A program made the position numbers and the translations under genes. Of a stretch of 64,000 nucleotides of DNA, positions 49,858 through 60,535 are shown piece after piece. The stretch comes from Schmidtea nova (lineage: Eukaryota). Where the stretch lies: contig CM097883.1 in NCBI GenBank assembly GCA_044892505.1, positions 119,412,001-119,476,000 on the forward strand, written 5' to 3'. The notes beneath the pieces were generated by a model. It did not search any database. It was not told the DNA's origin and saw nothing but the letters and a program-made list of their open reading frames with translations. Position 1 is the first letter of the stretch. Every line of letters begins with the position of its first letter.

Positions 49858-51559
49858 TATCCATATATATCCATATATATCCTTATATAGGAGATTTTCT
49901 ACTCTAATAAGGAAAAACTTTTGATATAATATTATAATGACGCAATAATAATAATGTAGTGATATGAAAGTGACGAATGTTGATGACAATGGATTGCTGG
50001 CAGTGGTATTAAAGTGATGAGTTATTAATATGATAGTACCCGTGATAAAGTACAAAATAGATCACAGCTATTTTATACACCACATTAAGTCGTTTCCCGT
50101 TTAAATAACTTTTTCTCGGCATGAAGATGAGAACTGTATATCGAAATATTCACGCTATTATCTAGATGTCTTTTAAGGTAGAGCATATAATCAAGTGGAG
50201 TTTCGAATTGATAAACTCTCAGTGGTTGTATTATCTCGAATAGACACTAAAATATCGATGGGTGTAGTGGGTGATTTCTAAAACAGTTAGGCAATTGTCA
50301 ACTTTTGCAGTCATTTATTTTGAGTATATAGTGTTCTCAATTAATACAATGTGTTATTGTAGGTGTGGGTGTATATGTATATACTATTTGAGATGAATGC
50401 CCTATTGTCGTGATGGTAGGTGATGGTATATTGGGTGAAATAAGTAATACAGTGATGGATGTGAATGCTTGTGCAAATTCTGGATGTATGATGCTAACTA
50501 ACATAACTGTGTAGATTTTCTGTATGAATTGTTTGGGTTTATGTTGCTAATGAATGTTATTGAGTGATACGGTGTGGTGTGTGTATTGTTAAATGAATGG
50601 ATTTTTATGTGGTGTTATGTAGGGATGATGTTATTGAATGGTATGGGTGTATTGTTTTACAAATATGGCTGTGTGTGATATTAGGGGTTATTTTATAAAT
50701 AATATATATAATATATAAAGTAATTTTAAATTAAAATAATAATAATAATAATTTTTGTAACTCAAATTTACCACAAACAAGTGAAAATTTTATAATAAAA
50801 TTTTAAGTTTGGAATTTTTATATTATAAGTATGTAAATATATATGTAGAATAAGAATTTTTCCCTTAATTTGTATTATGGAATTAATAGATGAGATAAAT
50901 TTTTATATTACGATTATACTAATAATTTTATAATATTTCGAATTTATATTTCTATCAAAGTTATAAAATTTTAACTTTTACAATATTGAATTTTTAATTT
51001 TATTAATTCCTTTTACAGATTTTTTCAGTTGTTGACTTTATTTTCCAAACTATATAAACCCATTTTATACTTTATCAGGTATAAATTTTATACAAAATCA
51101 AAGGAGCAATTCCATGCTAAGATCCAATATAATAGTACACAAAATCTCAATGTAAAAAATTAAATTTTCATAAATTAAATAAGATAAAAATTCATATAAA
51201 AGACTAAATTTTTAATAATATTCTTCGTAAAAATTTTCCACCATATCGAGTTCTTTACCTAAAATTCATATAAAATCATAACCTTTCCATTAATAATTCA
51301 TCACTCCTTTACTTAGTTCATTCTTTAATAAATAGCTTTCGATTGAGGATTCTTTCATTATTTCTAATTTCACATATACTGGATCCAAATAAGATAAGAA
51401 AATATTTTTGTGAAGGCGAAGGTGAGTGCGAGTCGATTTTATTTAGTAAGATAATGCTTATTTTAGATTTCAAGACATGAGCTGGACTAATTGATGTTAT
51501 ATATTGCGAGTAACTTATGTAATATAATATAAATACTCTACTATACTATAATAAAAATC

Positions 51560-52900
51560 ATTAATATAAAAACTCTTGTTCTTGGCCATACCACGATTCC
51601 CCAGTTGGGATAACGTGCTTATGGATGTTTGAGCCTCACCTTAAGGAGGACAAATGGGCTGGCCGATTACCAATCGGACAACGATCCACCCAGGCTACTA
51701 ACCAATCCGCACAACGCGAGGCTGGACGAATTGTCAGATTGTTTGGAAAAAAAATTATGTTTTTACTTAGGCAAATATACATACCAGATTTTAATTATTT
51801 TGGGAATTTATGACAATAACAAAAAATATTAAAACGATATTTTTATATAAAAGATAACATAATAATGTATTAACATCGAAATAAAATAAGTAAAGTAAAA
51901 TAAAATAATAATAAACAAAACGAGAGGCATGGGATGATCGTCAGGCATGATGATCGATGATCCCAAGCCCCTGAAAAATATAAAAAACAAACTCTTACAT
52001 TGCCTTTATTATCTTCTTCAGGAATTTTCTCCAATAAATTCAAAAAGATTTTCTCAAAAAATTCTGACAAAATTCTAGCTTTTATTCCCGTTTTCCGGGA
52101 TCGGTGCCTTTTCTCCAATCTGCACAATTACCAAAAATTTCTGAACACAAAAATGCAAAAATCTCAGTAAAAATTCTGAATAAAATTCTCAACAAAACTT
52201 CTGAAATAACAAATTCAAATTCTTTCACAAATTCTAAAAACTTCTCAAAGAAATATTTTACCAAATTCTGCCATTTTGATGGCGGTATATATACCATCGA
52301 TTGTGTGTTACCTTCACTAATGCAGTAAAACAAATTGTCTTAGAATGTTCTTTTTAATTTCTCAAAATTAATTCTAATAATTTTCCGCAAAATTAAATCC
52401 ATATTTTATGTAATAATTTTTATAAACCATAAAAAATTTATTTAATCCAAAAATTTTTATTTTTGAATCAAAATTTATTCAATTTGATTTAATTTGCTAT
52501 ATTTTGATCAAGATTAGTTCTTTTTATCTTTTATGTGAAATTTTATGATAAAATCACAATTTTCTGCTAAAATGTTTGTAAATTTTTTCTGCACTGAAGT
52601 TTTATGATACAATTCTGTTCTTTATGACCATTTTCAGTGGGTTTTCTACCTATTCTACCTTTCAAACGTTCTTCTTTTGACGACTTTTAATTTTTCTTGA
52701 GGTTTCAGTGTAAGGACTTGCAAATTCAGAGCTAGCGCGTTCTCTAATGGTTGATGTGCTTGAGTCCACTTCACCTTTTTTGGTGTTTTTCACTTAATCG
52801 CTTCGGTTTTTAATGAAAGTTTGGGTTAAAATTGAATCTTGCGCACTCTCTACTTATGGGGTTACTGCTTCATTAAAACAATTTGCAGTTTTTGTCCAAC
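51560..52900 (+). repeat. Diverged dispersed repeat, copy 2
   Basis: Colinear with 39520-40860. Confidence 0.65.
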
Positions 52901-53095
52901 AAAAGTGACAACATACATATTTAGTTATTAAAATTAAAATAGTTAACAGCAAAACTTCTAATTAAAAAAAAACCGTGATTCTTCAGATTTTCTCTCACAG
53001 ATTAAACAATAAATTAAAGGTAAAATTATTATTTTTATATGAATATTGTTTAAATAATTCAGTTGAAAATATATATTTTTAAATTTAATTATTTC

Positions 53096-53404
53096 ATGGC
53101 TGAAGAAAACGGTATAAATTACAGATATAACGACAAATCCAAAGTTATTATCATATTATTTCATTCAGATTAATAATATATGTTAATATTAGGGCTCTAC
53201 TGCTGATTCAAATTTACTTAATTTATCCGCTAGGGTTTATCTAGATCAAACTGTTGTACCTGTTGTTCTCAGTGGCTTCAAGGTTCTTGCAAAACAAAGG
53301 TATTTCTTAATGATCATCTAATTAATTATATTTATTTATTTAGGCCAAATAATCCAATTGAATTCCTAGCTGAATATTTATTAAAGCATAAAGATGATTA
53401 TTAA
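53096..53404 (+). CDS. dpy-30: Dpy-30 (COMPASS subunit) homologue, ~71 aa; exons 53096-53143, 53193-53299, 53344-53404
   Basis: [39 protein letters not shown] versus human [39 protein letters not shown]; 44-nt GT-AG intron. The first exon is less certain. Confidence 0.93.
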
Positions 53405-54789
53405 CATTAAATTTATTGAATACATGCATATTTGTACAATGTATATATAAATATATATATGCAATTTCTTGTTATATTATTATTACAGAATAAATAAATA
53501 ATGTTATTTAGTTTAATGAGTATTTAATGTTTTTAAGTCGTAAAAATATTTTAATAGCAGAAATGGGAGAATCGGCGAACTAATAGATGGCTCCCCACTA
53601 TTAATAAAACACAAAAAGTATGTCTTTTTAGATCAAATTTTATCAAACGCATAACTGACAATAAGCTTTAAACTCTCTTCATAGTTGGCAGTATTGCATA
53701 AACAGTACTTTTAGAATTTTTTACTATTTAAGGCCATTTTGTTGTGGTATTCTTCACAAAGTTTTATCCGATAAGGTTTTATTGTGATAATGTCTGCATA
53801 AATATTTGTTTAATTTGGATAATCATTTTTTCTTCCCATCATTTTCATTTTAACGAAAACGTTTAGATTTAATCTTGATATTTTCTAAAATTCATTTATC
53901 CAACCGAGTTGATGAATTATGATTATCATTAATGAACCGATTCTTTCAAGTTGTTCGTTAGTTAAACTTTATTTTTTTTTGCAGCTGGGTGTACACTTAT
54001 TCGTTAGACTATCTTTAAAAGGCACTTCTTCATTCAACTAGTGGCTCTAACTCATATTCAACTGTAATTGATGCGATGATATCTATACATGAAGAATAAG
54101 CCGGAATAGTTAATTTTTAATAAGAAACTTGAAAATTCTATTGAACATTATTTTCATTCTTAAACGAAAAGTAAAGTGCCGTTTTCATTTAGATTCTTCA
54201 AAAAAAATCCATTAAAAGATTAGGGAGGTGACAGTTTTATACGACTCCTATCTCTCAATAACCGTAAAATCTTCGTTTCGCCACGTTTTAAAATTATAGC
54301 ATAAATTCTTATGAAGTTATATCTATCATTTACATCTTTATTTAACGTTATATGTATTTTTTTCTATTTCAGAAATTTTTATTTTTTATGCATGTAAATT
54401 CTATTGATAAAAAATGTTTTTCTAAAGCACACTAATTTTCTGCATAGTCTTTTCAAATACAAACTTTAAATAAGCTGTGGAAAATTCGTATTCTTTAAAA
54501 AGACAATTTTGATTTATAGTCTATATATTTTGAGGTTTGTCAAAAATAAAATAAGATGCACAATAAACAAATTACAAATCAATAAAATAACAAATTCAAA
54601 AAGTAACAAATAAAGTGCAAAATTAATTGAAAATTGTGAAAATTAAAAATAAATATTTTGAGTGGCAAGAGATACGGACGGTTGCCAAATGATGAGACTA
54701 ATTCAGATATAATAATGCTGCGCTTCTGCGTCGTTACGTCAAGTGAGTCATAAACATTTCACTAAGATGTTAATTCCTTCTCGCAAGCT

Positions 54790-54948
54790 CTCACTACAAC
54801 GTCATGACTTAAGTATATTCTTGTCCATGTATCAACATACTGCATTGGTACTGAACATGACGGCTTGAACACTAAGATTAGGTGAGCTACATTTCTAGAA
54901 CTAATCCTATTAGCTTACTTCAAACGGGTTCTATTGACCTATAGAAGG
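54790..54948 (-). repeat. Conserved ~160-nt block, copy 3
   Basis: Minus-strand CTTCTAT, ACCCGT, GCTCACCT and CAGTACCAA at offsets 0/18/60/94, versus 0/19/58/92 in copy 1. Confidence 0.75.
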
Positions 54949-55369
54949 TCTTTCTTAGTTCACATCTACATAAAGTCCACTTTATTTATCGATTTCTACT
55001 CCTTAACTACTATCAAACAACCATCTTATCTTTATCTGATCAACAACTCCTTCGAACTCATACCCAACTACTTATTAAACCTTTCCAAAAATTACAATGA
55101 TAAATAACAATTCACATAATAAACTAAAACAAAAATACTTTATTCAAAATACGCCAACTACAATCATTGTTTATTCAACTTTCGCTAAATGGAATATAGA
55201 CATTATTAAATGCTCGCCAGACAAATCAATTAGGTTGTCGATTTGCTCATTTATCTGCCTCTTCAACATTCTTTCTTTTCTGCATTCTGTTTCCTTCTCT
55301 TTCGTAGGCTTGGCTTTAGTCTTTTATTAAGGTTTGATAGGATCGATTTATTCCTGCGACTGTAGCGGA

Positions 55370-56114
55370 ATTCATATTCTTGGATGATAGTCGGCACTAT
55401 CAGCCCAATCCTGTGAACCACCTATTTCTCGGTAAACGTTCTCCTATGAGCATATTTGGCAATATATAACTCGAGACCAGTCGCATTCAGCTCAGACCAT
55501 AGTATCTCCTTATCGTGTTTCATACGCTCTAACTTCTGGTATAATTCTTTCACTTTCTGGAGATGGGCATAAGAATTTCCAACTCTGATATTCTATTCTC
55601 TAGTTTCTGTTGTCTTTGTAGTACTATTGCCTCCTGTTGTTTGGAAAACTTTCAGGCATTTAACTGTACCTTATATCATGGATGCCATTCCGAAATATAA
55701 TACATAAATTTATACCTAAACGTTTGATGCACATCCGTTTTTTCTAACAAATTCATTTATCATTAAAATCTATCTTTCACTTTTAAATAAAAATTTCCCT
55801 TTACATTAATGACTAACCAAATTACCATACAATGGTTCCGTGCCTTAATTACTTTTACTCAAATAAACATTGGAGTCACATACAAGATACTTTTATTGGT
55901 AGATAACACAAATATTTGCGACTTTCATTCGTAGTTCAGCATTGTGAATAATATTTGCTGAAAACCTTGCCTTATGTGGCTTTCGTTTGGGAAACGTCAT
56001 TCGTCCCCGTATTCTCGTTTCATTGGGACTTATTAACTCGCCCAGTCCTGGATCTACTATCTCATGAATAGTGCGAGGTGTTGAGGTCTCAAATATGTAT
56101 ATTTGAAATCTCAA
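55370..56114 (-). pseudogene. Degenerate copy of the ORF-A/ORF-B cassette
   Basis: Same order and strand relative to the 160-nt block; weak matches (QKVKELY~EKMKEVY; FSANIIHNAELRMK~FREVFIYNDKLCCK). Confidence 0.4.
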
Positions 56115-58960
56115 CTGGGGGTTGGTGGTTCCTATATAAATAACTAAGACAAAAAGACTCTTGTTTATAAAGTTTATTCAAATAACAAAATTTACCAATT
56201 ACAAATTACAAAATTGTCCACGACTTTAAAATCTTTCTATTACAAACTCTTTCAGATTTTGAGATCCTTTAAATTTTGTACAGATTTCAAAAGTTAGCAA
56301 TCTTTAAAAATATTTAACTTTTCTTGTTTAGCCAACTGGCTTATTTTAAACGCTCTTTAGGATTTGTACCTAAGAGAGCTATTGCGCTAAGTTTAGAAAT
56401 TTTATGGCAATTTTACTGAATTGCCTTTCTCTTTTATATTAAAATTGGGCATGCAAATTACAACTGCTGACATTTATATTATTTTGACATTTTTCAAATG
56501 TATAATACATTGCATGCATAAATAATATTGAATATGTAACCTTTCAATGACGAGAAAATTTATAATTAATACGTTAAAAAAAAATTTATAAAATAAATTC
56601 TTATAACCAATTTTAATTAATTATAATTAAAAGTATTTTATACTTTACCGAAATTGTCGTAAATCCGATTAAATTTCCCAATTCTTCTATTGTAAATAAT
56701 TATTTCCTGGCTTGCTAATGGAAAAAGTATATACAAAATTTTCAACTATACATTCCTAGCTTGACATTTATAAGCAGATTTTTCAATATCAGTGCTTTCT
56801 ATCGACACCGGTTCATCACTCACATTTCGGAGAATTTCCAACTGATCATTGCCGATGATTCTGGAGATAACTGGCCGCTCATCATAATGTCAAATGTCAT
56901 ATATATTCCACAAATGTTTTCTCATTGCAAGTCTTTCGAGAAATACTTTCATTTAACAAACTGATTTGCACAAGTTCCTATTTTTTGTATGACTATAAAA
57001 TATACATTCTCTATTCCTCATGTCGACATTATTTCTTAAATGTCAATATCGATAATAATAATTAACTACGGTATAAAAAATAAAAATTAAATAAATACGG
57101 TAACTATATTTATAAAAATAAAATAAATACGCTAACTGCATTCCTCAACTATACTTCATAAAAATAAAATAAAATTTAATATCAGAATATAAAGTTTAAT
57201 AGTTACGAGAATATAAAGTTCAATGTATGAGTCACAAATAGTTAAATGATGATCACAATGAATTGTTCTTGAATTGATTGATCTTTTGGGTTTGGTAGTT
57301 GAAGCTGACAGACAATGATGTTGATCACAAAGATTGATAAAGTGAATTAGGGTTTATAGTTATTTTTCAAAAGGGATTTCGGATGATTTGATTAAAATGA
57401 TTGAAACGGACGATTGGGGCGGACAATTGATGCTTTGAATGATTGAGATTGAGATGATTTGATCGGGATTATTTAGATAGATATTGCGACTGATGATTGG
57501 AACGGATAATTGATTTTTTGGGATTGAGATGCTTGGGACTTGATTGGGGTTTATTTTTCTAGGTAGATATTTATTCTGTATCTATTGTTGCCGATATAAT
57601 AATACTTATTGACTTTGAATGTTCTTATGAGTCTTCCCTCGTCATCCAACACAGGTATCCTCCTATACACTAAACACGAGGGCCATCCATACAGAAATGG
57701 CCATACGTAGCTTCCACTTAAAACTACGATTTTATCCTTTCTTTCACATTCGATTTCAGTGAGACTCAATTCACGTCTCTGTCCCTATTCGACTAAGCTG
57801 ATTTCATTTTTGCCCAATGGGGGCACTCGAAGAGTGTAAGTCTCTTCCACCTTCACTCTAACTTTATTTTCTGTTATTGTATTTATATTGGGAAATTATC
57901 TCTTTCCTTTCTCAAATTGGGCAATTAAAATCATTCCCATTGTCGAATTATTATTGCTATTCTACATATAATAGCTTTTGTCGGAGAGCATAATTTTCGA
58001 CTACACTTTCCCTTTCAAGGTGGATTTCCGCTTCAATAGTCATTTACAGCCAATTAGCGTCGATCGTTTTTCTCAAAAGGAATTCAACGAGAATTTTATA
58101 TGGTAATTCGAAACGAAATTTCAGTTCTCTCCGTGATTGGAGTTTTTCATAGATCTTCGATCGAGTTTTAACATAATGTTTCAGTATTTCATCCCATAAC
58201 CATTGTAATCATGCTTACTCTTGTGGAAACTTGGTCAAAAGTTTCCGTTAGATCAAAGGCAGGTGTGGTGACATAATTAATATGTAAATAAATATTACAT
58301 TTATAATATTTATATTTATATTAAATATATATTTTATTATTAAAAAAGAAAAAAAACTTTTGTTTGTATTATGTAAATATTTGAAAAATAAACGACATCT
58401 TGATTTAGTTAATTTTGTTAATTTAGTTAATTAGTTAATTTAGTTAATCATTCTTTATGTTTTCCCTAAATGATTATAAAGTATTTTGTGAAGATAACAA
58501 CCTTAACAATAAAGTGGAAAATTGCAATGATAATCATGAATTAAATCCCGACAATATTAATAAAGACATAAAATACAGCATTTTGACAAGTCTTCTCCTA
58601 AACTTTGAATTTCATACTGAAATGCGAGTTAAATTGCTAGCTTTGATAAATTCGAACCAATAACTGAAGATATTCTTCCAAAGGAAACTTGCTCAAAAAT
58701 TACTGATTTGGAATTCATTTGCAAAGATTCCTTATTTGAAGCATTAATTCATGCAATTGTTACAAATAGATCTAATAAATGATGAACAGACCGATATGTT
58801 GAGCAGCCATGCTGAGTTTTTCACCAATTATAACGAGAGGTGCGATAATTATAACAAAAGCAGTAGTTCATGCCTAAGTACAGCTACCTTATTCAATGAG
58901 ATCACACAAAGGGTACCCCCTTTGACATTCATTTGCAGTGATATTAAATATCAAATCGGA

Positions 58961-59122
58961 AAACATCCAAAGATAATTTCCCAGCCTGCTGGCCGCTATT
59001 AAACACAACGATTTAGAAAAACTCAATGTCCAACTGTTGGGCGAATAATATACTCCCTAACGATACATGGTCGGACTAACGAGGGAAGAATCGAGGCAAA
59101 CAAGAATATGATGGTAAGAGTC
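58961..59122 (+). pseudogene. RPS5: 40S ribosomal protein S5 (uS7) fragment abutting the PBS
   Basis: KHPKIISQPAGRY*TQRFRKTQCPTVGRIIYSLTIHGRTN versus recalled [40 protein letters not shown]. Confidence 0.8.
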
Positions 59123-59132
59123 AATACCACAA

Positions 59133-59150
59133 TGGTGTCAGAAGTAGGAT
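59133..59150 (+). promoter_or_regulatory. PBS TGGTGTCAGAAGTAGGAT (17/18 match to the tRNA-Leu CAA 3' end)
   Basis: 1 nt after ...ACCACA; recalled tRNA complement TGGTGTCAGAAGTGGGAT. Confidence 0.9.
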
Positions 59151-59311
59151 GTGATCTATATTATATATTTATATTTAAAAAATCATATATTTATATTTTT
59201 TCACAAATACTAATCACCACATTTTCCCCCTCCCCAGTGCGTGTCATTTTACCTCCCCCGTTACTGAAAGAGCCTCATTATTTTCCTGTCCTCGCCGAGG
59301 CTACAGCGCAA

Positions 59312-59524
59312 ATGCGAGACTTCGCACGCAACCTATCCCACACATTTCCACTTTCTCTAACCTTGCACGATTTAGAACGCTTTATTTGCTCTATTTGGCA
59401 CTTGAAATTAAACACTTTCTATTTCTCACACATAGGTTTTAGCGTAGTGAACGATGGGGAACCATTAGCCAAGGTATTACCGCCGGGAGGAGTTGTATAC
59501 GTGACATTTAGATTACGTGGAGGC
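59312..59524 (+). CDS. Ubiquitin-like domain (71 aa, Met start, ends RLRGG) fused to Gag
   Basis: MRDFARNLSHTFPL...TLHDLERFI...FYFSHIG..VNDGEPL...VYVTFRLRGG followed directly by the Gag Met at 59525. Confidence 0.85.
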
Positions 59525-60535
59525 ATGAATGAGAGTGATCCCACCACCACCTTACCACCTCTATCACCTGATGCCTCAAATCCTCATATTTCCACTTTAT
59601 CGGCAGGCAGTACGAGTATCAACACCTCTACAACCCCCAATATTTTCACGCTATTTTTTAGATGTAAACGGATCACCGAATGCCTGGTTATTTATCCTCG
59701 AACGATCCTTCCACACCAGAAACATCGCGACTTCACAGTAAAAGTTCGACCAGCTTGTCTCGTCTCTCCCCACCGAACTACTTTCCAAGCTCGCACATCT
59801 CTTACCAAACCTTTTTACCGATGTTGATCCTTTTACTTCCCTTTAAAAAGCCATAATCAATAACTTCAGGGAACCAAAAGCAGAAATATTTAGTAAATAT
59901 TTCAAGACCCAACACCTAGGTTCCCAACGACCATCCGAATTCCTGAAGCAAGCCATAGACAACCTAAAATCGCTATAGCAAGGCATTACTCAAGATGACG
60001 CTATTCTTCGTCGCTTTTCTTTTTTGCCTTGCCTCAACAAACACAAGCCATCTTAGCGGTTTCCAACTCCACTTCGCTCACCGATATCGCCAATATGGCC
60101 GATAAATTAGCCGAGGTTTCTCGTCAGCCAAATACAGGTTTCTACAACCAAACATCGGTAACAACACCCATGAAAACTCCAGTTTCTACGGACCATTCTT
60201 TTACTCCTCTCTTATTGGCAATCGAAAATCTCACCAGAAAAGTTCAGAAGCTGGAGACAAGGTCTACATCAGCGGACCGAAGGCGACCGAGATCTACGTC
60301 GCGTGACAACACCCGTGATAAAAGTCCCTGGATATGTTATTATCATCAGAAGTTTGGAGTTTCCGCACAGTTGCCAGATCGGGTGTAATTATAGAAATGA
60401 GAAGGCGGATTGCAAACAGATAGACCTCTGCATATATCACGGCAAGTTCAAGAAAATGGCCAAACGCTGTCTAGAAGGTTGCAGGTTCTTCCAAACTTTT
60501 CAAGAACCCAAAGACAACAAACAATCAAAAACTAG
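59525..60535 (+). pseudogene. gag: gag, frameshifted, with two zinc knuckles
   Basis: EIFSKYFKTQHLGS.RPSEFL (copy B: EIFSKYFKAQSLGS.KPTEFL); CYYHQKFG..C..GC and CIYHGKFKKMAKRCLEGC. Confidence 0.88.

Noticed and set aside
50280-50700. TG-rich strand-biased tract (similar bias at 57250-57550)
   Set aside because: Probably decayed retroelement sequence, but no match or termini could be established.
53560-54330. Possible Tc1/mariner relic (IKPYRIKL, minus strand)
   Set aside because: One short motif only; no catalytic motif or TIR pair identified.
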